The notes under the pieces are model-generated. The model worked only from the letters and a program-made list of their open reading frames with translations, searched no databases and was not told the origin of the DNA. A program made the translations under genes and the position numbers. From the human T2T-CHM13v2.0 reference genome, Homo sapiens, in the NCBI RefSeq assembly GCF_009914755.1, contig NC_060925.1: 64,000 nt of DNA; one strand, written 5' to 3'. Shown here one piece after another: positions 33,637 to 47,276 of this stretch (positions are counted from its first letter, which is position 1; every line of letters begins with the position of its first letter).

Positions 33637-33797
33637 TTTTCTTTCTTCCTTCCCTTCCTTTCCCCTTTCTTTTCTTTTCTTTTCTTTTCTTTTTTTTCTT
33701 TTCTTTTCCCTCCCTCCCTCCTTCCCTTCCTCCCTTCCTTCCTTCCTCTCTCTCTCTCTCTTTCTCTTTCTTCCTTTCTTCTTTCTTTCTTTTTCTT
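33637..33797 (+). repeat. Compound polypyrimidine microsatellite (TTTTC/CCTT/CT/TTTC)
   Basis: About 160 nt of pure C/T. Confidence 0.95.
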
Positions 33798-34030
33798 AAT
33801 AAAACAGAAGTTTATTTCTCCCTCGGATAACAGTTTATAAGAGGTGTTCCAGATAACAGAACAACCCTTCTCAACACAGTGATCCAGGGACTCTTGCCAC
33901 ATGCCCAGCTCTTTAGAAGAAAGAGAGAACAAATTTTTGTATCAAGCAAAGAGATTTTGCCAATGATATTTTGTGTCTCTTCAATCAGTTGATGCCAGTG
34001 TTTTTATTTCTGAAATATTCTTTTGAATTC

Positions 34031-34455
34031 TTTTTAAACTTTTATTTTTTTAACTTTTATTTTTGGTTAAGGGGTATGTGTACAGGTTTGTCATATAAGT
34101 AAATTATGTGTCATAGGGGTTTTGTGTACAGATTATTTCATCACCCAAGTAACAAGCCTAGTATCCAATAGGTAGTTTTTCGATCTTCTCCCTCCTTCTA
34201 CCCTCCACCCTCAAGTAGGTCCCAGTGTCTGCTGTTTCCCCCTTTGTGTCTATGTGTACTCAATATTTACCTACAACTTATAAGTGAGAACATGCAGCAT
34301 TTGGTTTTCTCTTCCTGTTTCAGTTTGCTTAGGATAACAGCCTCCAGCTCCATCCATGTTGCTGCAAAGGACATGATCTCATTCTTTCTCACGACTGTAT
34401 AGTATTCCATGGTGTATTTGTACCACATTTTCTTTATCCAGTCTATAATTGATGA
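34031..34455 (-). mobile_element. L1 3' end fragment (L1PA15/16-like)
   Basis: ORF2 C-terminal peptide WIKKMW..YTMEYY..KNEIMSFAATWMELE plus L1 3' UTR. Confidence 0.88.
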
Positions 34456-34709
34456 CCTGCTCATTTTCTTCCTGCCACCCCCAGTACTTAGCAAAAATAT
34501 GTCAGTTTTAGTATCTTGTACCCAAGGCAATAAAGCGTTAGGCATTAAGAGCACATACTGCCTGGGTTTGAATCACAGCTCAGGCACTCAACAAGTGAAT
34601 TATCCTTTCTGTGTCTCCTAGATAAAACTGGCAGTGGGGGAGAGGCAAATGTGAGTAATGCCAGTATTTTTGAAATGTGGGTTAAATGACTTAATATATT
34701 ATGATAGAT

Positions 34710-35090
34710 ACTGCAGGGCTTCACCCAGATCTACACTGCCTCATCCATCCTCAATTGTTGGAAATCTAGGCTGCTAATGACTCAGTTGCTTCCCTTACTA
34801 ACAATTGCCCTTCCTGCAGGGAATTGCCTCACCCAAAGTTATACCCTCGTGCAGGGGTCAGTTCATGACCAAAAACTGCCTGATGCAGCATACAAAGGTC
34901 CAGCCTCTTTGCCAGAATGTCCTGCAATTCTGAGGCCTCAGCTGTAACTTCGGCATGGGTCAGCTTCTCCTGCTACCTATCCTGCCCTCCTCACTTTCTT
35001 ACCAATGTATCTCAGGAGACAGCTTCCTGACATACCTTCCGCATGCAATCCTCTGTCTCAGGTTATTTCCAAGGAACCCAGTCTCTAAAG
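34710..35090 (+). mobile_element. ERVL LTR16-like solo LTR
   Basis: GAATTGCCTCACCCAAAG...GCATACAAAGGTCCAGCC...TGTCTCAGGTTATTTCCAAGGAACCCA resembles LTR16. Confidence 0.6.
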
Positions 35091-35206
35091 TAGAATGTGG
35101 GTTGGCATAAAGTAAGACCAATAATTTTTGCTATCATTACTATTTCTACTATTCCTTTTTAAAATTGTGCTATCTCTGATAAATCACAGAATCAACAATA
35201 CCCAGC

Positions 35207-35549
35207 TGCTACAGAATGAATTGTGTACCCCCTAAATTCATTTGCCGAAGCCCTAAGCCCCAATGTGATTTGAAGGTGGCACCTTTGGGAGGTGATTAGG
35301 TCAGGAGGATCGGATTAGTGTCCTTATAAGATAAATGAAAGAGATAATCTCTCTCTCTCTCCCCACCATGTGAGGATACAGGAGGGTGTCTCTCTGCTCA
35401 CCAGGAAGAGGACCCTCACCAGAAATCAAGTTGGCTGACACCTTGATCTTGGACTTCCCAGCCTTCAGAACTGTGAGGAATAAATTTCTGTTGTTTAAGT
35501 CATCCAGTCTATAGTATTTTTATTATAGCAGCCTGTACTGACTCAGACA
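35207..35549 (+). mobile_element. MaLR solo LTR (MLT1A-like) with a perfect 5-bp TSD
   Basis: TG...CA termini; ACCTTGATCTTGGACTTCCCAGCC..AGAACTGTGAG..AATAAATTTCTGTTGTTTAAG; TSD CCAGC at 35202-35206 and 35550-35554. Confidence 0.9.
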
Positions 35550-35560
35550 CCAGCTCTTAC

Positions 35561-35649
35561 CAGCAAAGGTACCCAGTAGTAATTTAAAGATGCTGGTCCT
35601 TGTGCAATCACTGGCAGTCTTTGTGTGAAGAATAGGAAGGCCAGAACAC
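35561..35649 (-). CDS. SLC44A5: SLC44A5 coding exon ([29 protein letters not shown])
   Basis: Inside ORF 35543..35731; tgtag acceptor, gtaaga donor; 89 nt; preceded by a 125-nt intron. Confidence 0.96.
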
Positions 35650-35774
35650 CTACATTGAAAAGGTAGAACATGTATATTATACTTTTGCAAAAGAATATAG
35701 TTTTTTGTAGTAAAGCAGTTTTTCCAAGCATCTTTTAAACTTTTTTTTTTATTATTTTCATCATGATTACTTAC

Positions 35775-35845
35775 CTATACTTCCAGCAACTAGAAGTTTC
35801 CCCAGGAATAATACAAAGTATGTAACTTCATCTGTAACTGCAACT
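35775..35845 (-). CDS. SLC44A5: SLC44A5 coding exon ([24 protein letters not shown])
   Basis: ctcag acceptor, gtaagt donor; 71 nt, phase 2 to 1; LFLGK motif. Confidence 0.95.
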
Positions 35846-36460
35846 CTGAGTATCAGAAAAAAAGAAAGTATAATTCTGTGTTTAAAATATACTTGGTACT
35901 TGAAATTTATGGCAGTAAATTTTCATGAGTTTATTTTGGTGTGTCTTTGCTGAAATTGTATTTGGCAATTGTTTTGCAAGAAATGATGGTGGAACTCATG
36001 GATGATGTTCTGACTTATTTTTAATGTAAACAGAAGATGGCATTGTAGGGCTGTCAGGAGCCCTGCAGTGGTGGTGTCAGCCTCTCTGATTTGAAGCCTA
36101 TAGACACCCTGAGTCCTGAGGATGCTGTATTGTTCTCTGATTTTGTTCACTCAGGCTCCACCAATTCTGGGAGGGGGAAAGATGATAATGTGGTTCATCT
36201 GGGGGAATTTCTTGAGCAGAGGGGATAATAAAAATGAAAAAATGCCAATGGACCTAAAGACACAGGTGGGTAATGGAAGCAACAATTCTCAGATATGAAA
36301 ATAAATTAATGGTATGAGAGAGAATATTTAAATCTATCAAGTTAAAAGATAATATTCATATCCAATAATGCCACCAACACTTTAAATAACAACATGTAAA
36401 GGATGTAATGCTCAAGGTTCACTACATTGTTAAATTACATTGTGCAGCCTGATTACTTAC

Positions 36461-36534
36461 TTCAAAACATTTCTCATCAGCAGATTGAAAGCATCTTTTG
36501 CTGACCTGCAGAAGTTTCTGCCATATATTGCAAT
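36461..36534 (-). CDS. SLC44A5: SLC44A5 coding exon ([25 protein letters not shown])
   Basis: cctcag acceptor, gtaagt donor; 74 nt, phase 0 to 2; GxxFCxSAxxAFxLLMRN motif. Confidence 0.96.
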
Positions 36535-37608
36535 CTGAGGAAGACAGTGGCTATTATTCTGGAGCCAGTAACATACTCTAACAAGATCAAAAGACAATCC
36601 AATAACAGGAAGGTAACCAAATTAATTCCTGTCATTTGTAGAGCTATCTCCACTCTTTTTTCTAATGTGTATTTGTGGGACACACTGTGTGTCCTCAGCT
36701 CTACACAACTCTCAGGGTCATTGACAGTCAGGTGTACTTCCGATACTGTATGCCCTCAAACTCTGGGGGATTAGACAGCCTTAAACAGAGGCAGCTCTTT
36801 TTCCCAAATTCCAGATAATGGCTTCTGTCTTTAAAATGTTTGGGCTAGAGTTTATTGCTAAAAAGGTTAAATATTGTAGTCTCTACATAAAAAATTACTC
36901 TTAAGGAAACCCAATACCTTTCACTAAATTTGATTTATTGATGAATAGGTTTAACATAATACTCTCATTGGAGGTAAATTAATGACTGTTTGAATCTCCA
37001 TAACTATTTCAATCACTTTTCCAGACCCTGTGCTACTGTGATAACAAGCAAATGTCATAAGGTTATACTGTAGCTTTCTAAAGGTTAGAAGAATTATATT
37101 TCTGGATCCCTTATGTTAAAAAAAATATTTAGGAATTTCCATATAGCCATAGGAAACAAGTAAAACTCAGTCAAACATTGTCAATGTCCACACATTTCAA
37201 CACAAGATTCATAAAAAGGATAAGACCCTTCTTTAAAATTATGTAAATTCCAGAATTAGAAAGTATTTTCTTCTCAGAGTAAAACATAGATTAAATACTC
37301 TTTCTTCCCACTAAACTATGCCAAAGACACACAAAACCATTTTTTATCCAACACACTTATAAGTTTCCAAAGTGTGTAATATTTTTTTCTCTCAAAAAAG
37401 ATATTGAAGGTAATAATAAAGTATAGTTCAGATACTATCTCAACTAGGGAAGCATATCCCTGAATCATGCATTGGATTCACAGGCCTTATATCAGCATAG
37501 TGATAAATTCAACTGCATGATGTAAAAGTACTTTAGAGAGGGCAATGTAGACACAAGGTTTGGGATTGCAAAGAAGCAGCTTAGTAAATAATAAAATAAT
37601 CTACCTAC

Positions 37609-37712
37609 CATAATATAGGCATTTCTGTTTAAAAACTTTATTGCATTTTCCAAACACCAGAAGCAGCATCTCAGGCAGCACTGTAGGAATTTAGACAATG
37701 TGTTCTGGGTAC
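37609..37712 (-). CDS. SLC44A5: SLC44A5 coding exon ([21 protein letters not shown]...NRNAYIM)
   Basis: Inside ORF 37492..37770; catag acceptor, gtaggt donor; 104 nt; CCxxCCFWCLE and NRNAY motifs. Confidence 0.97.
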
Positions 37713-37808
37713 CTATGAGAAGGAGATATTTAAATCTATTAATGATTTGCAGCTGAACCTTATCAGTCAAAATAAATATAATACAACATTTAAAATGAGA
37801 TTTAAAAT

Positions 37809-39240
37809 TTTTTATTGTTATAAAATATACATAATATAAAATTTGCCATTTTAACCATTTTTAAGTGTACAGTTCAGTGGCACTGAGTAATTTATAATGT
37901 TGTACAACCATCACTGCTGTTTCCAGAACTTTAAAATCTCAAACACAAATTCTATGCCCTTCAACAGTAACTGCTCATTCCCCTATTCCCCCAGCTCTTA
38001 GTAAACTCCATTATATTTTTTGTCTGTATAAATTTGCTTCTTCTAGGTGCTTCAAATAGGAGGAATCATACAATATTTACCCTTTTGTATCTTGCTTATT
38101 TCACTTAGCATGATGTCGTCAAGGGTCATCATTTCATTCCTTTTTAAGGTTGAATAATATTTGATTGTGTGTACATAACACATTTTGTTTATTCATTTGT
38201 TAATTGGAATTTGGGTTGTTTATACCTTCTGGCTATTCTGAATAATGCTGTTATGAACAGTGATGTGCAAGTATCTGTTTGAGTTCCTTCTTTCAATTCT
38301 TTTCATGTATATCTAGATATAGGATTTCTGGGTCATATAAAATTATATTTAAAAATTTTTTAGAAGCTGCCATACTGTTTTCTACAGTGACTACATCATT
38401 TGACATTCCCTCCAGCAATACACAGGGTTCCAATTTCTCCACATTCTTACCAACACTTGTTATTTTCTGCTTTTTTCTTTGTTTTTATATATATATAATA
38501 GCCATTCTAATGTGTATGGAGTCTCATTGTGGTTTTGACTTGCATTTCCCTAATGACTAGTGATATTAAGCATCTTTTCATGTCCTCATTGGCCATTTGT
38601 ATATCATTTTTGGAGAAATATCTATTCAAGTTCTTTGTCCATTTTTGAACTGGGTTGCTTATTATTTTGCTGTTGAGTTGTAGAAGTTCTTTTATGTTCT
38701 GGATATGAATTCCTTATCTGGCATATGATTTGGAAATATTTTCTTCTATCATGTGGGCTGTCTTTTCACTCTCTTGGTAGTGTTCTTTGTTGAATAAATG
38801 TTTTTAAATCTGATGAAGTTCAATTTATTTTTCTTTTGTTGCCTATGCTTTGGGTGTACTATCTAAGAAATAATCACCAAATCCAATGTCATGAAGCTTT
38901 CATCTTATGTTTTCTTCTAAGAGTTTTATAGTTTTTGTGCTTTTGTTTAGGTCTTTGATCCATTTTTAGTTAATTTTTGTATGTTAATGTAAGATAAGGT
39001 TGAACTTCATTCTTTTGCATGTGGATATCCCATTTTCCCAGCACCATTAGTTGAAAAGACTGATCTTTTCCCATTGAATGGTCTTATATGTGAGAGTTAG
39101 TTTCTGAGATTTCTGTTTTATTTTACCTCTATATGTCTGTCCTTATGCTAGTACCACACTCTTTTGATTGCTGTAGATTTATGATAAGTTTTGAAATCAG
39201 GAAGTATGAGTCTTCCAGCTTTTTTGTTCCTTTTCAAGTC
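37809..39240 (-). mobile_element. L1MB-like 3' fragment (~1.4 kb)
   Basis: CATTTTAACCATTTTTAAGTGTACAGTTCAGTGGCA 3' UTR motif plus antisense ORF2 sequence. Confidence 0.88.
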
Positions 39241-39720
39241 TTTTTCCAATATTAGTAATAAAATATTTTAAGGTACATTCCAAGCAAAGTTTATGTGTTT
39301 GTAAACAATATATATCAGGTATGAAGATTTATGCCCGTGACACCCACATTTATATTTTAAGCCTAACCTGACCTGAACTATATACTTGGAACTGCCAACC
39401 TGACATCTCCATCATGCTTCTCAACAATAACATCTCAAAACAGAATTCTTAATCTCCTTTTTGAAATTTGTTTCTTCTGGCTTCCACAGCTTAACAAATA
39501 GGATCACACACCTTTTCTCTCTTTTATTCACCACTGTCCCTCCCCTCCCCTGACATCAACTCCTTCAGCAAGCTCTCTCTGGTTTTCCTTCAGAACAGAA
39601 CGGGTCCCAAATATGCCCTTTCATCCTTACTACCCTAGTCCAAGTTATAATCATCAGGTCTCCCCCAACCCCCAACCCAATTTATTATCTTCACAAAAGT
39701 CAGGACATCTGAAATCTTAC

Positions 39721-39815
39721 GTTTAAGACGGTGGTCCAAGTATTCTAGTACAATTTTAAACATTTGAATTAATGCAATAATTAAAGATCCAAATGCTAGG
39801 GATCCTGTGTGATAT
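39721..39815 (-). CDS. SLC44A5: SLC44A5 coding exon ([13 protein letters not shown]...LDHRLKR)
   Basis: Inside ORF 39635..39823; 95 nt, phase 2 to 1; CTL hallmark RYHxGSxAFGSLI. Confidence 0.97.
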
Positions 39816-40344
39816 CTGCACAAAAATAAAATGAGAATAAGTTAAAACTTAATACTATTATTTAAGGGGATGCTAATTGAATAATTTTCACAAGTAAAAG
39901 GTATCTGCAGAAGGATTAACAGCAAAGAGACTTTTGCACTCTCTTATTTAGATTGATAAAAGTCTCTATAGAGGATTTTAAACCATATACATCTGTCTTA
40001 CCCTTTATCAGCATAAATGACACCAATAGTCTATCATCATAAAATAGGATGTTTTTACTGCTCAATGGAGACACAGAGCCAAGTTAATCCTTGATCTTTC
40101 ATTTGGTATCCTCCTCTATCTTTTTCTCTCTCTAGTAACCTATAGCATTTAGAAGGAAATTGGCTTGGGTAGGGATTGTAAAACTGGCTATGAAACCAGA
40201 CAAAACCAATGGGCATCCATGAATTTTGATTCATACCTTTGATTTCATTTGTACCTTGCCACTTGAATTAATGAGCCAAGACTGAATTACAAGCACACTA
40301 AATGTAACTGACAAGATAGGTGTAGGCTTCAACTTGAAACTTAC

Positions 40345-40607
40345 CGTATGGCTCGTCCAAATGCAGTAAAAAGTGGATATCGTGGGATGTCATCAGGTTT
40401 TTTCATGGCCCAGTAATAAGTAGCGAATGCACCAGCAAGGGCGCACTGACCTAATGCAATGACGAAGTTTATAAGCCAGAGAAAGACAAATAAGTTGTAT
40501 ACATGGAAGGTAGGGATGTACTGATGGTACAAGCTCTTTCCACCATAGAAAGCAAAGTTACACAGAGCCCCAGGGCAAGCTTTGGCAATTTCAGTTGTAT
40601 TAAAAAT
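40345..40607 (-). CDS. SLC44A5: SLC44A5 coding exon ([11 protein letters not shown]...[15 protein letters not shown]...GRAIR)
   Basis: Inside ORF 40341..40652; tgcag acceptor, gtaagt donor; 263 nt; CTL hallmark GQCxLAGAFAxYYW. Confidence 0.97.
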
Positions 40608-41111
40608 CTGCATTGAGAAAAAGGAACACAAGGACATAATATTAAATATCACTCCAAGATAACAACTCCCTGTGTTTTCCTCTTCCCCTTAATTGCATGT
40701 CCTGTTGTTTCTCTGTTAGCTCCTGCTCTTACTCCTCTATTTTCTGTTATATCACTTTATATAATTATCTAATGAGTGCTGGAAAGTATCCCATTTTTCA
40801 TCAAATGCTCATAATCTGCACCCACTATAATTTCACATTTATCAGTGTTGTTGTTGACCATACCTACTTTCTATGGTCTTGGGTATATGGTAGGGCAGGC
40901 AAGCTCAGGAAATACAGTGCTTTCTCTCCATTCCACCCACTGTTTTCCATACTCTCCTGCTTACCTGATGCACACTCCCCACTTCAGCACATAGTTGTCC
41001 CCATCAGTGTATAGGATCTCTGCTTCGGGACAATTCCTACCACAACTACAAAATGAATTGCAGCAGAAGTCTATATTGAAGTAAGTAAATGAAAGAGTTT
41101 CTTGTACTTAC

Positions 41112-41199
41112 CTCTGGGTCACAGGTTTGATTTTCATGTATACAATGCCCCCCTGGAGCTATGACTTTGTATACAGGTACCCCCGATGTCGCCAAGAAA
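41112..41199 (-). CDS. SLC44A5: SLC44A5 coding exon ([12 protein letters not shown]...NQTCDPE)
   Basis: ttcag acceptor, gtaagt donor; 88 nt, phase 2 to 0. Confidence 0.95.
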
Positions 41200-41654
41200 C
41201 TGAATAAACTCCATTAAGGATAAACCATTTGCTGGTAGATTGAAAATAAATGGACAAGAAAACAATACTGACAACTCAAAAGTGCATGAGAAATTAACTT
41301 AAAAAATGCCTAATATTTTAATAATATTCATCTATTTTTCAGGCCTAGATTAATGTAATGTGGGCCAGCTGCACTGAGTGGCCCCTTAAAAACAGTAAAA
41401 TGTATAGGAGCTTTCTTGGCTTATTGCTAAGGAGCAGTATCATGTGGAGACAAAATAAAACAAATCTACAATATGAACTATTTGAGGGGAAATTCAATCG
41501 GTAGATTGAAACGTTTTTAGAGCTTGGGAAAAAAATAGTTATTTCTTAGTACATTCCTCATCTTCCCAGGGACAGAAAACACTGAACACAAACTCCTGGT
41601 TCACGAGTAGTCATGTGAACCTGAGGTTTAAAGAGGCCAATTACCAAAGGATAC
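41200..41654 (-). other. SLC44A5: U12-type (minor spliceosome) GT-AG intron, 455 nt
   Basis: 5' site GTATCCTTT; branch site TCCTTAAT (41213-41220) followed by 13 nt GGAGTTTATTCAG to the exon; no long polypyrimidine tract. Confidence 0.92.
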
Positions 41655-41747
41655 ACTGCTGTCACGACCCAGTAGCAAATGCAGATTGAGAGCAAAATGA
41701 AAGTTAAAGCTGGATAGACTAATGTACTAGGAACATATCCAATGGCT
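41655..41747 (-). CDS. SLC44A5: SLC44A5 coding exon ([12 protein letters not shown]...CYWVVTAV), ends at a U12-type donor
   Basis: Overlaps ORF 41558..41776; tttcag acceptor; donor GTATCCTTT; 93 nt, phase 2 to 2. Confidence 0.95.
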
Positions 41748-43811
41748 CTGAAATAAAACAAATAGTTGAAATTCAATTGTTAAAACTAGAAATAAGCTTT
41801 AGACTGAATTGATTCTAAGAAAACTGGTAATAACCACGGACTCTTTTTTGGTGATCATTCTGGCATATTCTCAGTTGGTTTTACATTTTTATTTATTTAT
41901 TTACTTTTTTTAAAAGTACGTTGAGGCATTTTTCCGATGCACATGTTAGACTCCTGCCTAAAGTCCCTCAAATTTTCCTCCCTTTGGTTACTACTGTCTG
42001 ATTTGATACATTGTAATCATGGCATTTCTTCCTTTCGTTTAGATTCTTAGACTTTTAAAATTGAAGAAGACCTTGAAGATCATGTGTCACACTGAGGGAA
42101 TTCCCCACTAATTCAAGAATCCCCTATACTTCTTCAGAATGTGTTCACTACCCTTCGGTGAACACATTGAGTGATGGGTACTTACTTTTACATGACATGG
42201 CTTATTCTATTTTCTTATCAAGGTATTAGAAATTTCTTCATTATCTGCCTGTTTGCAACCTATATCCTCTAACTTCTGGGGAAGAAATGACCATTTTACC
42301 ATTTTTTCCACATAGCAACACTTCAGGTAATTCCTTATTCTTTTTTCTTTGGAAAATATAATGTCTATTTGCAGTTAAATGTATTTTTAAATTATAAATT
42401 TAAATTATATTTGAAAATATAATTTCTAAAATGCAATTTTGGAAAATATAATTATCAAGGATAATAATTTCTTTGATATTTTCTAATAGGACATGGCTTG
42501 TGAAATGTTCACTAACTGACTGCATTACTTCTAATGACTTCTGTTACATGATCTTTTCAGCATATGACACTGGATTAAACACAATACTGTTTCATATGGC
42601 CATTGAGAAATAAGATGAAAATCTTATCACTCCTAATGCATTGATGCTTAGATTTTTTTGTATTTGCTACCTTCCTCACCTCACTATTTAATCTATAGTG
42701 TTTTCTCTTTTCTCCATACACTGCTAAGTGAATTATTGTGTGTCCTTAGGTTTACCCTGTATTCTCACACCTATTTATTTCAGTCCTTATTACCCCCTGA
42801 GCAAACTACCAACATGTTTCAGTTTTACTGGCCCTTTAACACAAACACATATGCTCACACAAATGCACATTTAGAAGTGAAACAAGTAGAGCAAGTTACA
42901 GTGAACTGCACAATAGCATACTACTTAAGAAATAAACCCAGAAAATCAGTAGTTTTCAGTGGCTAATGATAGGTTATTGTGGGAAGGAGAGAGAGTTTAA
43001 CTAACTGCTTGTTAACTATTTAAACCACTGACTTCAGGTGGCACTATTATAATAAAAATAATAATACTGTAATTTTCTTCAAATAATCCTTAAAGACTGT
43101 TAAAAATAATTTGGTTCTTGGTCATTAACAATGTAGTTTCCATCACACTAAATAGAGAGCATGGGCTGTTGGCTTTATAATAATGCTTTCCCGGTTACTT
43201 CCATGCGTTATTAAAAAGTTCACAGTATTATTCTTGAATGACCTTTTGGAATAGTGTGGAAACTATAGGTGTTATTATCTCTTGGCATGAATTTTATGAA
43301 AGATTTAGTGTTTATTTTGTAACTTTTAAAAAATAAAAATGACTCTTGGTATAAAGTGTTCCTAAATTATGGGCTTTAGATATGAAATGTATAGTCTGGT
43401 GCTCCTAGAATCAATTGTCCTGTCTATTAGAAAATTATGTCACTCAGACAGAAGTGGCAATAGCATATAATTGACTTTATAGAATTATGGTGATTTAAAG
43501 TTTTGCAAATGATCTCAACCATTAATATGAACATATGACCCAGTATGAAAATAATATTACATGTAATCTAGCTAACTTTTATATAGCACTTTATCACTTA
43601 CTTTCACATGTGTCATTCTCCTAACACATATTTGGTGTTCAAAAACTGCTAATACGTAGACTAAATAGGTTTTACCCTTATTCTACCCAATGATTATTGA
43701 GGTTTGGGGATATTAAAGGACTTGTTAGTGGTGATCTTTCTAATAAGTGACAGAGTGTGAACTTGAACAAGTTTTCCTGAATGAAAGATGCTTTCTTTTA
43801 AAAGTCTTCTT

Positions 43812-44109
43812 CTTTTTTTTTTTTTTTTTTTGAGACAGAGTTTTGCTCTTGTTGCCCAGGCTGGAGTGCAATGTCACGATCTCAGCTCACCGCAACCTCT
43901 GCCTTCTGGTTCAAGTGATTCTCCTGCCTCAGCCTCCCAAGTAGCTGGTTACAGGCATGCGCCACCACGCCCGGCTAATTTTGTATCTTTAGTAGAGACG
44001 GGGTTTCTCCATGTTGGTCAGGCTGGTCTCGAACTCCCGACCTCAGGTGACCAGCCTGCCTCGGCCTCCCAAAGTGCTGGGATTACAGGTGTGAACCACC
44101 GCGCCCAGC
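43812..44109 (-). mobile_element. Alu (AluSp-like)
   Basis: Full dimer; flanks AAAAGT(C/G)TTCTT. Confidence 0.95.
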
Positions 44110-44215
44110 AAAAAGTGTTCTTAAAAGGAAAATAGGTGAGATATTTATGCAAGGGACAGTGACTGATTTTACTGACTGATACACTTTAGCTGAGTTTCTA
44201 CATTAAGGGCCTTAC

Positions 44216-44315
44216 TTGCTTCCTTCCTTCAGCAGGATAATGGCGACTCGGATTCGATTCCTGAGGAAGATCAGCATGAGGATGACAATCACTTCAATGA
44301 TGCAGAGTATTATCA
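44216..44315 (-). CDS. SLC44A5: SLC44A5 coding exon ([34 protein letters not shown])
   Basis: tcaaag acceptor, gtaagg donor; 100 nt, phase 1 to 2; FLRxRIxxAIxLLKExSK family motif. Confidence 0.95.
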
Positions 44316-44719
44316 CTTTGAACAGGAAAAAAAAAATCAGTCTGTAATACAAGTAGATACGGAAACAAACCTTCCCTGCAAATGCTAGGATTGAACTTTA
44401 TGATTATTTCTGCCAATTCTGACACCTCATAATCTAAGAAGTGTTATCTCTCCAAAAATGCCAATCTTCGAAATTAACTTTCACAAAATCCTAAGAAATC
44501 TAGATTAAAGCCTTTAGCAAGGGCTTGAACATCTCTTTTGGAAAGGGTTCATCTCATCCATAAAAGCATTTCACACAACTTGTAGAACTTAGAAAATAGG
44601 AATGGAAAAAGGGAAGGGCTGCTTTAGGTAGTTCTATTTTAGATGTTTTCACCTTTAGTTCATTGAGTAAGACAATATACAGAAGACACGTTTTGAGCTG
44701 TTCACTTTCCTCATAATGC

Positions 44720-45240
44720 CACTTAACTGTCCTTGCTGGCTGGCAGGGCAGGTTCTTGGCTGTCCCATTATTAATTTGTGACTCTTCGCACTATGGGCAC
44801 CATTGATGGAATCGGGGTGTAAACTTAACCCAACTTGGCCAATATAAGTATTAGAATTTAAACTGAGGGAACCTAGTTTAGTCAACTTGATTTATTTAGT
44901 CTTGAATTGAAATTTATAAATCTTGAATTGAAGGTTATACAAACTGCGTCAAAACCATCTTTATGTGAAATAAGTGAATCTGCAGAGAAAGAATAAAGTA
45001 TAGTTGTATAAAGAAAGACAGCAAGGAGAGGAAATCTTGGGTTCTTTTTGGCTTTCATTTCCTGACTCCAAGTAAACTTTGAAGTCCAGCTACCTTTCTG
45101 CTTTTTTGAGTTTGACGAGGCACTTCTATATCCTTACAGTAAATACCATCTGCTCTGTTCTCAGCCTGTTCCCGTTTTCTTTTCTCTTCAGCTAGCTTGA
45201 ACTAGTTTTTTTTAAACTTGAAGCCAAATATCATCAATTA
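44720..45240 (+). mobile_element. Degenerate old MaLR LTR (MLT1J-M-like)
   Basis: CCCAACTTGGCCAAT start and AGCTAGCTTGAACTAGTTT..ACTTGAAGCCAAA end pattern; boundaries approximate. Confidence 0.45.
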
Positions 45241-45917
45241 TTATATTTCCTCATTTCTAAGACATATCCTTAATTAAATAATAACTTTTTAGGAAAAGTG
45301 AAGAAACACTTCATTAAATGTTTAATAATTTTAAGATGCATCCTGATTTCAGAAGTGTTAAAAAGTAAAAGGTATGGATCTTAAAATCCAGAAACAGAAT
45401 CTAAAATTGTTCAAGGAACTTAATGGAAACTTAAATTCCCACTTGTGAAAGAATCCAGTCTATAACCTCCTTGCTAGATGGTTATTTAGCTCATGCTTGA
45501 ACAGTTCTGTTGATGGAGAGCTCATTATTTCATTCTATTATTATATCACTGAAATTCTGACACATCACACATCAGTTACTGTCTCCGAGTAAGCAGAAGT
45601 TCACCCAGAGGTATACGAAGATCTTAGTAATGTATCATCTCACTTCTACATCTTCCTTTAGTTATACTATGTATTTATGTTTTCATGTACATTTTATTCT
45701 CTTAAAACACCAATTTGAACCCAAAATTGTGGCATGTAACCATATTATGCTAAAATTGTTATCTTCTTTGAATGAACCTATAAAGATAATACATATAAGA
45801 GTCACTTTATGACATTGCACCGTTAAAAAACCCTCTATATCTAACTTCTGCCTTTATAAAATTGCACCCTCAAAATAATTACATTAGAGAAATATAACTG
45901 TCTTTTGAACTTACATA

Positions 45918-47276
<1,359 letters not shown>

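Noticed and set aside
33600-33932. 110-aa K/R/E-rich ORF
   Set aside because: Translation of the polypurine microsatellite
43788-44135. Alu-derived ORFs (also 4236, 30013 and 52099-52747)
   Set aside because: Standard antisense-Alu translations, not genes
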